This document shows positions 52,289 to 61,524 of a stretch of DNA of 64,000 nt, piece by piece (position 1 is the first letter of the stretch; each line of letters starts with the position of its first letter). Origin of the DNA: Glaciecola sp. (GTDB lineage Bacteria > Pseudomonadota > Gammaproteobacteria > Enterobacterales > Alteromonadaceae); assembly GCA_023268935.1 (NCBI GenBank), contig JALRKK010000047.1:13552-77551 (forward strand). The letters are read 5' to 3'. Made by a program: the position numbers and the translations under genes. The notes under the pieces were generated by a model that had not been told where the DNA came from, did no database searches, and worked only from the letters and a program-made list of their open reading frames with translations.

Positions 52289-54898
52289 ATGCAATCAGCT
52301 TCCAGTTTTATCAATATCGGTGAGCGCACAAACGTCACCGGTTCAGCCGTCTTCAAACGATTAATACTAAATGAAGAATACGAAGCCGCTCTTGATGTTG
52401 CTCGCCAGCAAGTCGAAAATGGCGCTCAAATCATTGACATCAACATGGATGAAGCCATGTTGGATTCGAAAGCGGCCATGGTGCGTTTTCTCAATTTAAT
52501 TGCCTCAGAACCCGATATTTCTCGTGTGCCGATCATGATTGATTCTTCCAAGTGGGAGGTGATTGAAGCGGGTCTGCAGTGTGTCCAAGGTAAGGCGGTG
52601 GTCAACTCCATCAGCTTAAAAGAAGGTCCAGAACCGTTTTTACATCAAGCTCGATTACTGAAACGCTACGGTGCAGCTACGGTTGTCATGGCATTTGATG
52701 AAGTCGGGCAGGCCGATACGATTGATCGAAAATTTGAGATCTGCAAACGCAGTTATGATTTGTTAGTGAACGAAGTGGGTTTTCCACCAGAAGATATTAT
52801 TTTTGATCCGAATATTTTTGCGGTGGCAACGGGGATCGAAGAACATAACAATTATGCTGTCGATTTTATTGAAGCGACTCGCATGATCCGAACTCAATTA
52901 CCTCATGCACATGTGTCAGGTGGTTTGTCGAATATTTCGTTCTCATTCAGAGGTAATAATCCGGTTCGCGAAGCCATGCACTCTGTTTTTTTGTACCATG
53001 CCATAAAGGCTGGAATGGACATGGCGATCGTCAATGCGGGGCAACTTGAAGTCTATGATGAGATCCCGCAAGAATTGCGTGATGCAGTCGAAGATGTGAT
53101 CTTGAACCGTCATCCAGAAGCAACAGACCGTTTGTTAGAACTTGCTCCCAAATACCAGGGGGATGGCAAGGCTGCTAAGGTAGAAGATTTGGCATGGCGC
53201 GACTATCCCGTCAACAAGCGCTTAGAACACGCATTGGTCAAAGGCATTACCGAATACATTATCGAAGATACTGAGGCGGCACGTTTGGCTGCAGAGAAAC
53301 CTTTGCATGTGATTGAAGGTCCACTCATGGACGGCATGAATGTAGTTGGCGATTTATTTGGTGAAGGCAAAATGTTTTTACCACAAGTCGTCAAGTCTGC
53401 ACGCGTCATGAAACAAGCGGTTGCCTATTTACAACCCTTTATTGAAGCAGAAAAAGACGGTACGACCAAATCCAACGGCAAAATTGTGATGGCCACGGTC
53501 AAGGGAGATGTACATGATATCGGCAAAAACATCGTGGGTGTCGTATTGCAATGCAACAATTTTGAGGTGATTGATTTGGGTGTTATGGTGCCTTGTGACA
53601 AGATTTTGCAAGTTGCACGTGAAGAGAATGCTGACATGATTGGTTTGTCAGGTTTGATTACCCCTTCACTGGATGAGATGGTGTATGTTGCCAAAGAAAT
53701 GCAACGTACCGGCATGGACTTACCTTTACTCATTGGTGGCGCCACGACTTCCAAGGCCCATACGGCGGTCAAAATTGACGAACATTATCAGCATCCAACG
53801 GTATATGTCTCGAACGCTTCCCGCGCCGTAGGTGTGTGTCAGCAGTTATTAAACAAAGATACTAGAGCCGTATTTGCAGAAAAACTAGCCAAAGAATACG
53901 ACACGGTGCGTCTGCAACATGCGCGCAAGAAACCTCGTACTGCACCGGTGACGTTAGCGCAGGCAAGAGACAATAAGTTTACGTGTGATTGGGCTCAGGC
54001 CGAAATAATTCCCCCCCGTAAATTAGGGGTGACTGAAGTGTCAGCTGACATTGCAACATTGCGTCAATACATTGATTGGACGCCTTTTTTTATGACCTGG
54101 TCATTAGCAGGTAAGTATCCACGCATCTTACAAGATGAGATTGTGGGGGAGGAAGCCACGCAGTTATTTGCCGATGCCAATACCATGTTAGATCGCTTGG
54201 AACAACAAGGTGGGTTAGAGTGTAAAGGCGTATTTGGTTTGTTTAAAGCCAATAGTGTTGATGAACGTATTGTGATTGAGAATGAGGCTGGTGAGGATTG
54301 CATTGCCCATCACTTACGTCAACAAACCCAAAAACCCAAAGGCTTCAACTATTGTCTCGCTGATTATATTGCCCCTAAAGATTCACGACGCACTGACTAT
54401 GTTGGCGCGTTTGCGGTCACCGGTGGTATCGGTGAAGATGAGCTTGCCAAGGCATATGAGCAGCAAGGCGATGATTACAACTCCATAATGGTCAAAGCTA
54501 TTGCTGATCGCTTAGCTGAAGCCTTTGCTGAGTATCTGCATCAACAAGTGAGAGTGGATTATTGGGGCTACGCACCGGATGAGTCTTTAGATAATAACGC
54601 GTTAATTCGTGAGCAATATCAAGGTATTCGACCGGCACCTGGCTATGCAGCATGTCCTGAGCATACCGAAAAGCAACTTATTTGGGACTTATTACAAGTT
54701 GAAGAGCGCATCGGCATGCAGCTGACGTCTAGTTACGCAATGTGGCCTGGTGCCTCAGTATCAGGCTGGTATTTTGCGCACCCTGAAGCGCGTTATTTTG
54801 CTGTGGCACAGATCCAGGCCGACCAAGCACAAGCTTATGCTGACGCGAAAGGTTGGACTGAGCGTGAACTAGAGCAATGGTTGGCCCCGAACCTGTAA
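52289..54898 (+). CDS. metH: Methionine synthase, pterin-, cobalamin- and SAM-activation modules (split MetH)
   Basis: [37 protein letters not shown]. Confidence 0.95.
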   Translation: MQSASSFINIGERTNVTGSAVFKRLILNEEYEAALDVARQQVENGAQIIDINMDEAMLDSKAAMVRFLNLIASEPDISRVPIMIDSSKWEVIEAGLQCVQGKAVVNSISLKEGPEPFLHQARLLKRYGAATVVMAFDEVGQADTIDRKFEICKRSYDLLVNEVGFPPEDIIFDPNIFAVATGIEEHNNYAVDFIEATRMIRTQLPHAHVSGGLSNISFSFRGNNPVREAMHSVFLYHAIKAGMDMAIVNAGQLEVYDEIPQELRDAVEDVILNRHPEATDRLLELAPKYQGDGKAAKVEDLAWRDYPVNKRLEHALVKGITEYIIEDTEAARLAAEKPLHVIEGPLMDGMNVVGDLFGEGKMFLPQVVKSARVMKQAVAYLQPFIEAEKDGTTKSNGKIVMATVKGDVHDIGKNIVGVVLQCNNFEVIDLGVMVPCDKILQVAREENADMIGLSGLITPSLDEMVYVAKEMQRTGMDLPLLIGGATTSKAHTAVKIDEHYQHPTVYVSNASRAVGVCQQLLNKDTRAVFAEKLAKEYDTVRLQHARKKPRTAPVTLAQARDNKFTCDWAQAEIIPPRKLGVTEVSADIATLRQYIDWTPFFMTWSLAGKYPRILQDEIVGEEATQLFADANTMLDRLEQQGGLECKGVFGLFKANSVDERIVIENEAGEDCIAHHLRQQTQKPKGFNYCLADYIAPKDSRRTDYVGAFAVTGGIGEDELAKAYEQQGDDYNSIMVKAIADRLAEAFAEYLHQQVRVDYWGYAPDESLDNNALIREQYQGIRPAPGYAACPEHTEKQLIWDLLQVEERIGMQLTSSYAMWPGASVSGWYFAHPEARYFAVAQIQADQAQAYADAKGWTERELEQWLAPNL

Positions 54899-54912
54899 AT
54901 TCCCTCGTTTGT

Positions 54913-54921
54913 TGTTATAAT
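54913..54921 (+). promoter_or_regulatory. Extended -10 element upstream of the radical SAM gene
   Basis: TGTTATAAT, 36 bp before the TTG start. Confidence 0.45.
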
Positions 54922-54957
54922 CCGTAACATAATAACAATAAGCGCGGAGTAACAGCG

Positions 54958-57459
54958 TTGCAACTGAATCGACATAAATTGATTTTTTACCGCAATGGGA
55001 TGCCCCTGTTGGCTGACATTGCGGGCAATACGCCTTCAGTGCCGGTGGGTGATCCGGACCTTGTCATGCTAGACGTTTTGTGTCGTTTATCCCAAAGCAC
55101 TCTTTTGAACAGTACCATTCGTGACAATGCCGTTTTTCAGCAATACTTTGCGCATTTGCAACCGGCTCAAATTGAACAACGATTAGGCCAATATCAAAGC
55201 GCGGGCGTGTTAGTTGACCACGTCGAGCACCCTCCCACTTTTTCTGATGTTCAACCCATCCGTCAGCATGCATCATCTGAACAAGCACCCGCAAAACTTC
55301 GTTTGAGTACTCATTTTGCTTTGTGTTTATCCGAGGAAGGGTTGTGTGCATGGTCGGCCAACCGCGAGTGTTTTGTTTTACTCAATGCGCTAGAAGCGAT
55401 TGCTGTTCTGGCATTTGCTGACGGCAAAAGCAGAGCAGAGGTCATTCACCAAAAGGGACATTTGTTGGCGGATGTAGACCTTGATGCGTTAATGGCATCG
55501 GCTTTTGCTTTGGGATTACTGGCCGCCGAAAAAGAGCTCATTGAAACGGCTGAGCCAGTATTGACACCATTTAGCACAAACACGCCAACTGGCTTAGGTT
55601 TTCCAGTGCGTTGGCAGGATTTGGCAGCAGATGGCCGAATTCCGATTTACTTTGTGCCGCATATGGAAAATCACCTCCCACTGGCTTTGGGTGTGTTGTA
55701 CAGTGCGATTACAGCATATCAAGATGGGACGTTGCTATCTCGCTTTACCTTGGTGCCCATCAATTATCTCAGTCCACAACAGATCCTAGATGGGCCTTAT
55801 CGCAAATTTGGTCCCGGTGTTTGGTTATTTTCTAATTATATGTGGTCGATTGGTGTCAACATGCAGATATCACAAGCGGTAAAGCAACATAATTTTGCGA
55901 ATTTTACTGTGCATGGTGGCCCTTCAACACCCGATTATGTTCAAGCGTGTCAGGATTTTATGCGTGATAATCCTTCGGTGGACGTGGCGGTACACGGAGA
56001 GGGAGAAATCACAATCACAGATTTGTTAGACCAAGTTCAGCGTAATGACCAAGGCAAAATTGTCGCCGATAGCCATGCTCTATCTCAAGTCAACGGCATT
56101 ACCTACCGTGATGGAATAACTCGCAATGTGCTGCGTACTGCTTCGCGTGAACGTATGAAAAGCCCAGATCTGATCCCATCGCCTTATTTGAACGGTGTTT
56201 TTGATGGGTATCAGGGGAGAGTCGAGGCGGCCATTATTGAAACCAATCGCGGTTGTCCGTACGGTTGTACGTTTTGTGATTGGGGGAGTGCCACGAATCA
56301 AAAAATTCGCAAGTTTGACCTTGACCGAGTGAAAGATGAGATTGATTGGATTGGACGCAATCGTATTCGCGTGTTGTGGATCGCAGACGCCAACTACGGG
56401 TTGTATGACCGAGACATTGACATATCCAAATACATAGTCGAAACCAAAGCCAAATATGGCTACCCCCAAGAGATCGTGGTGAATTACACCAAAAACTCCA
56501 CTTGGCGCTTGGTCGAGATCATTAAAGTCTTCTCAGAAGGCGGAATCATCGGACAAGGCATCATCTCCATTCAAACCACCGATGAAAATACGTTAGAGGT
56601 CATTCATCGCAAAAATATTCGCACTCAGCGTTATGATGAACTGGCGCAAGCGTTTACCGATTTGAAGCTACCGTTATCCACGGATTTGATGATTGGCTTA
56701 CCGGGCATGACCGTGGCGTCATTTACTGCCGATTTGCAACGTTACATTGATATGGATGTTTCGGTAAAAGCCTATCCAACGCAGTTACTGCCCAACAGTC
56801 CGATGGCAGAGCCAAGTTATATGGAAAAGTATCAAATTAAAGCTGATGAGCATAATTATTTGACCTCTACCTACAGTTATACTGAGGATGATTTGGCGAG
56901 GATGAAGATGTTGCATGAAATCTACGTGATGGCAGATGGATATGGTTTGTTGCGATACATCATGCGGTATTTGCAATGGGAGCACGATATTCCAGCAGGG
57001 CAGTTCATGACGAATTTGCTCGATGATATGACGAGCATTAATCAGAAGTTTCCAGCACTGGCTTGGGCGTTACGATTTTTTAATCAAGATAAATCGATGC
57101 CCTCGGGATGGGATCGATTTTATGCTCAGTTCAAAGCATATTTACAACAAAGGTACGGTTTAGCAGACAATAGTGCTCTCAACACTGTTCTTAAGGTGAA
57201 TCGTTATGCAATGCCGGACGATGCATTACAGTATCCTAAAACCGTGGCGCTTGAGCATGATTTTGTCAGTTATTTTCATCAAGCGCACGCTGCACGCAAC
57301 CCTCTGCAAGAGTTTGCCCCAACGACCATGCAGTTCAGCGACCCCAATAAACTCGCAAGTATCGACTTAGATGCGGCGCAATACGATTCGCATCAGTATT
57401 TTTGGGAGCTGCATTCTGCTGTGGCAAGGCCGAAATCAGTGGCGGATTTTGCGGCATAA
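54958..57459 (+). CDS. Cobalamin-dependent (class B) radical SAM enzyme with two N-terminal RRE/PqqD-like domains
   Basis: TTG start with GGAG RBS; B12-domain motifs PLALG, FSNYMW, HGGP and HGEGE; ETNRGCPYGCTFCDWG; ADANYG. Confidence 0.88.
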   Translation: MQLNRHKLIFYRNGMPLLADIAGNTPSVPVGDPDLVMLDVLCRLSQSTLLNSTIRDNAVFQQYFAHLQPAQIEQRLGQYQSAGVLVDHVEHPPTFSDVQPIRQHASSEQAPAKLRLSTHFALCLSEEGLCAWSANRECFVLLNALEAIAVLAFADGKSRAEVIHQKGHLLADVDLDALMASAFALGLLAAEKELIETAEPVLTPFSTNTPTGLGFPVRWQDLAADGRIPIYFVPHMENHLPLALGVLYSAITAYQDGTLLSRFTLVPINYLSPQQILDGPYRKFGPGVWLFSNYMWSIGVNMQISQAVKQHNFANFTVHGGPSTPDYVQACQDFMRDNPSVDVAVHGEGEITITDLLDQVQRNDQGKIVADSHALSQVNGITYRDGITRNVLRTASRERMKSPDLIPSPYLNGVFDGYQGRVEAAIIETNRGCPYGCTFCDWGSATNQKIRKFDLDRVKDEIDWIGRNRIRVLWIADANYGLYDRDIDISKYIVETKAKYGYPQEIVVNYTKNSTWRLVEIIKVFSEGGIIGQGIISIQTTDENTLEVIHRKNIRTQRYDELAQAFTDLKLPLSTDLMIGLPGMTVASFTADLQRYIDMDVSVKAYPTQLLPNSPMAEPSYMEKYQIKADEHNYLTSTYSYTEDDLARMKMLHEIYVMADGYGLLRYIMRYLQWEHDIPAGQFMTNLLDDMTSINQKFPALAWALRFFNQDKSMPSGWDRFYAQFKAYLQQRYGLADNSALNTVLKVNRYAMPDDALQYPKTVALEHDFVSYFHQAHAARNPLQEFAPTTMQFSDPNKLASIDLDAAQYDSHQYFWELHSAVARPKSVADFAA

Positions 57460-57487
57460 AAAAAAGGCCGCAGTATCAATGCGGCCT
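57458..57487. terminator. Terminator between the radical SAM gene and the M13 peptidase gene
   Basis: A-run then GGCCGCA-GTATCAA-TGCGGCC; U-tail on the minus strand. Confidence 0.75.
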
Positions 57488-57504
57488 CCTCAAACGATCT
57501 GTAT

Positions 57505-59607
57505 TTACCAAATACGCACACGCTCTTCTGGCGCAAGGTACAAGGCATCGCCCGGCTGTACGTCAAACGCCTCATACCATGCATCATGGTTACGTGGGGC
57601 TAAGGCACGGTACTGACCAGGTGAGTGTGTCCCACCGCGCAGTTGATTGAGCATGCTTTCTTCGGTGCGTTTTTCTTTCCAAACTTGTGCCCATGCGAGG
57701 AAGAAACGCTGATCACCTGTAGTACCATCAATGATGGGCGCTTCTTCACCGTTGAGGCTGAGCTTATAGGCATGATAAGCCATGGCTAAACCGCCCACAT
57801 CACCGATGTTTTCGCCCAATGAATTTTTGCCATTCACAAAGTTCCCTGCAATGGGTTCATAGGCAGAGTATTGCTCAACGAGCATTTGCGTTCTTTGTTC
57901 AAATGCCGCGCGATCTTCGTCCGTCCACCAATTACGTTGCACACCATTAGCATCGGATTTTGAGCCTTGGTCGTCAAAACCGTGTCCCATTTCATGTCCG
58001 ATGACCGCACCAATGGCACCGTAGTTCACAGCTGGATCGGCGTTCGGATCAAAAAACGGAGGTTGTAGAATAGCCGCTGGGAAAACAATCTCATTAAATG
58101 AAGGGTTGTAATAGGCATTAACACGCTGAGGTACCATGAACCATTCGTCTTTGTCCGTTGTTTTGAATTCCTTTTCGACGTCTTTTGCTTGGAAAAATTG
58201 GCGAATATTGCGAATGTTGCCAAGTAAGTCATCTTCAGAAATGTCTAAGCCAGTAAAATCCACGTCGTAATCAGGATAGCCAATTTTTGGACGAAACGCT
58301 TTGAGTTTTGCTAAGGCTTCGACTTTCGTTGCTTCACCCATCCAATCCAGGTTTTCGATGCGCTCACCCAAAGCGGTGCGCAAGTTTTCCACCAACTCTG
58401 CCATTTTTGCCTTTGAACTTTCTGGGAAATGCTTCGCGGTATACACATTGCCAATCACAAAACCGAGACTATTGGTACCAGACATTTGTGAAATAGCACG
58501 CTTCCAACGGGGACGAGGTTCCTGTTGACCATTCAATGTTGTACCATAAAAGGCAAAGTTCGCGTTATAAATCTCCTCCGATAAATAAGAAGCGTTGTTG
58601 GAGACTAATTGATAAGTCAAATAATCACGCCATATCGCCAAGTCCGTTTCATTGATGAGTTGAATCATTGACGCAACAGAGTCTGGTTGTGTCACGTTTA
58701 GTTGCGGAATGACATAGCCTGATGAAGCAAATAAAGTCGTCCAATCTAGCCCAGAATAAGTCGTCTCTAATTCTTCTCGAGTCATTGGATTGAGTGTTAA
58801 ATCGCGGTTACGGCGTTTTTCACGGGGCCATTGGATCTCTGCCATGGCGGTTTCAAGCGCAAGAATATTTTGCGCAGCGCGTTGCGCCTCCTCGTCACTT
58901 AAGCCAGTAAATGCCATCATCTGTGCAACATGTTCGACAAAGGCAACACGAATATCTTCAAAACGTTCACTATCTACTAAATAGTAATCACGGTCAGGTA
59001 GACTTAAACCACTTACACCAAGTTGTAACTGATATTCATCTGGATTGGTGCGATTAAAGCCCATCCAGCCACCAATTGGTGTTGAACTACCGGTTAGCCA
59101 TGCTTCACCAAAGGCCGCGGTCAGTTTGGTGACATCATCAATTTGGGTGATTTTGTCTAGATCTTGTTTGAGCGGAGCTAAGCCTAATTCATTGAGGCGT
59201 TCCGTATTCATATATGCATTGTAAAATGCTGCCACTCTTTGCTCATCACCACTGAGGTCGGTCTTGGTGGCGAGTTCTTCTATTATGGCTTTCACTTGAT
59301 CGTTGGAACGTTCTGCAAGCGTATCAAACGCCCCAAAACGGGTTTTGTCAGCAGGCAATTCAAAATTGTTATACCAAGTGCCGCTGGCATACATGAAAAA
59401 ATCATCGCCAGGTTTAATGCTCATGTCTCGTGCCGTTAAATCCACGCCAAAGGTGCCTAATTCAGGCTGAGCGATCACGGCTTCAGCCACTTTATTTGGC
59501 AATTGCGATTGGGGGTTGGGTTGACAGCCTGAGAGCAAGACCGATGAGGCCATAATGGCTGAAGTAATGGAAAGAGCTAAGGTTGTTTTACGCATGTCGT
59601 TGTACAT
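57505..59607 (-). CDS. M13 family (PepO/neprilysin) metallopeptidase lipoprotein
   Basis: Lipobox LLSGC; VNAYY, HEMGHGFD, GENIGD; start may be 59595. Confidence 0.93.
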   Translation of the reverse strand: MYNDMRKTTLALSITSAIMASSVLLSGCQPNPQSQLPNKVAEAVIAQPELGTFGVDLTARDMSIKPGDDFFMYASGTWYNNFELPADKTRFGAFDTLAERSNDQVKAIIEELATKTDLSGDEQRVAAFYNAYMNTERLNELGLAPLKQDLDKITQIDDVTKLTAAFGEAWLTGSSTPIGGWMGFNRTNPDEYQLQLGVSGLSLPDRDYYLVDSERFEDIRVAFVEHVAQMMAFTGLSDEEAQRAAQNILALETAMAEIQWPREKRRNRDLTLNPMTREELETTYSGLDWTTLFASSGYVIPQLNVTQPDSVASMIQLINETDLAIWRDYLTYQLVSNNASYLSEEIYNANFAFYGTTLNGQQEPRPRWKRAISQMSGTNSLGFVIGNVYTAKHFPESSKAKMAELVENLRTALGERIENLDWMGEATKVEALAKLKAFRPKIGYPDYDVDFTGLDISEDDLLGNIRNIRQFFQAKDVEKEFKTTDKDEWFMVPQRVNAYYNPSFNEIVFPAAILQPPFFDPNADPAVNYGAIGAVIGHEMGHGFDDQGSKSDANGVQRNWWTDEDRAAFEQRTQMLVEQYSAYEPIAGNFVNGKNSLGENIGDVGGLAMAYHAYKLSLNGEEAPIIDGTTGDQRFFLAWAQVWKEKRTEESMLNQLRGGTHSPGQYRALAPRNHDAWYEAFDVQPGDALYLAPEERVRIW

Positions 59608-59686
59608 CTCGTTATTATTAATTCACCGCGATAGTACAAATCTGTAAGAGGATTTTCCAGTTTTTACTGGCTAAAAACACATGTTG

Positions 59687-60829
59687 TTACGAATTCTCTT
59701 GTTTGAAAGGAAGCAATGTTTCGCATTCTTGACGATATTGCTCGATGGCTGGGCGCTCACGGCCAACAAAATCTTGGACAGCGTCATGCATTTGCGGATG
59801 AGCCAAATAGTGCAAAGAGTGACAGGTGGTTGGTGCAAAACCGCGGAGAATTTTGTGTTCTCCTTGAGTACCTGGGTTAAACCGCTCAATACCTTGTTCA
59901 ATGGCAAACTCAATGCCTTGGTAATAACAGCACTCAAAATGCAGACCGGACACGTCGGTTAAAGCACCCCAGTACCGACCATACAAGACGTTGTCGTCAT
60001 AAAGATAAAAAGCTGACCCGACAGGTTGTGCATGTTGATAGGCGATAACGAGTAAGATGTTATGTTGGCACGTGGCAAATAACTGTTCAAAAAAAGCTCG
60101 GGTTAAATAGCCATTATGGCCACTGCGTTTGAGATAGGTGACTTGGTAGCACTGATAGAAAAAGTCCATATCGGCTTGTGTGAGGTGCTCAGCAAATTTG
60201 CGTTCAATGTGAACAGATTGTTTGGCAATGTGTTTGCGTTCTTTGTTGATGGAGCGACGACGGCGAGCTGTGAGAACAGATAAATAATCTTCAAAATCGG
60301 TATATTGATTATTATGCCACTCAAATTGAACTGAAGTGCGGTGTGCCCAAGTGGAAGACTTAAAGGTGTCGATTTCATCTTGGTTAAGAAATAAACAATG
60401 CGCTGAGGAATAACTATTTTCAATTACAAACTGTTCGAGCGTAGCGAGTAATTCGTGAGGTTTTATTTCTTTGTCTGACACAATGCCCAGACGCTGTTGG
60501 GTAACAGGGGTAAAGGGTATCGCATTGATCCATTTGGGATAATACTCTAAGCCATAACGCCGGTAGGCATCCGCCCAGCTGTGGTCAAAAATATATTCAC
60601 CGTATGAGTGATATTTTATGTAGCCAGGCATGAGCGCAACAAGATCCCCTTTTTTATACCAAGCAATATGTCGGGGTTGCCAGCCGGAGTCACCGCCAAC
60701 CGAGTGGCTACTTTCTAAACAGCTTAAAAAAGCATGACGCAAACAAGGACCACCATGAGCAAACGCAGCGTCCCAAGTCGTGTGTGGAATGTTCGAGATA
60801 GAATTAAAGGTGCATAAAGAAAGGGACAT
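59687..60829 (-). CDS. FemAB-like GNAT family protein
   Basis: HSYGEYIFDHSWA, YYPK..PFTP, LYGRYWG, LHFECCYYQGIE, QGEHK. Confidence 0.88.
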   Translation of the reverse strand: MSLSLCTFNSISNIPHTTWDAAFAHGGPCLRHAFLSCLESSHSVGGDSGWQPRHIAWYKKGDLVALMPGYIKYHSYGEYIFDHSWADAYRRYGLEYYPKWINAIPFTPVTQQRLGIVSDKEIKPHELLATLEQFVIENSYSSAHCLFLNQDEIDTFKSSTWAHRTSVQFEWHNNQYTDFEDYLSVLTARRRRSINKERKHIAKQSVHIERKFAEHLTQADMDFFYQCYQVTYLKRSGHNGYLTRAFFEQLFATCQHNILLVIAYQHAQPVGSAFYLYDDNVLYGRYWGALTDVSGLHFECCYYQGIEFAIEQGIERFNPGTQGEHKILRGFAPTTCHSLHYLAHPQMHDAVQDFVGRERPAIEQYRQECETLLPFKQENS

Positions 60830-60909
60830 AAAGTAGGAGCAGTTCTTAGCGTTGCGGTTTTAATTGAATACTTTACACTAACACAGATAGTTCACTGAAT
60901 CTTTGCGCA

Positions 60910-61365
60910 ATGGAAAATACAACCAAAATTCGTCATCAAATTACTCACATGCTGTCGCGTCGCGAACACAGCCAAAAAGAATGTGTGGATAAGCTATTGC
61001 AAAAAGGGTTTGCCGAGGATGAAATCTGGAATGTGTTGAGTCAATTTGTGGCGAAAGACCTTCAATCTGATGCGCGATTTGTATATCACTTTATTCGTCA
61101 TAGTATGCAAAAGGGGCAAGGTTGGTTCCGCATCAAACAAGGGATCAAAGCCCATCATATTGAACCCTCTTTGGTCGATGAGGCCTTATCTGAACTAGAG
61201 CCAGACTGGTTTGAATTAGCTTACCAGGTTAAGGTAAAACGCTTTGGTGAAGCGATTGCACAAGATACTAAAGCGCAACAAAAGCAGATGCGTTTTTTGC
61301 AATATCGCGGGTTTAGCATGGAAGAGATCCAACATGCAACACAATATATCCATTCTGGTTTGTAG
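60910..61365 (+). CDS. recX: Regulatory protein RecX
   Basis: LSRREHS, QSDARF, RFLQYRGF. Confidence 0.9.
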   Translation: MENTTKIRHQITHMLSRREHSQKECVDKLLQKGFAEDEIWNVLSQFVAKDLQSDARFVYHFIRHSMQKGQGWFRIKQGIKAHHIEPSLVDEALSELEPDWFELAYQVKVKRFGEAIAQDTKAQQKQMRFLQYRGFSMEEIQHATQYIHSGL

Positions 61366-61524
61366 GATATTTATTACAACTTTTGTATAAATTTTACCCT
61401 TGTTGGGTTTCTGCCAACAAAATTTTATGTATAATCAGGGGAATTAAGGAAGATGCGATTGTAATTTTCTTTTGCTTTCGTCAAAATTACGCCTTTTATC
61501 ATATAGCATTTTACAGGAACGAAA

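Noticed and set aside
54958-60829. Radical SAM + M13 peptidase + FemAB-like GNAT as one RiPP cluster
   Set aside because: The peptidase and GNAT are on the opposite strand behind a terminator and belong to widespread housekeeping families; the peptidase is an exported lipoprotein; no precursor seen
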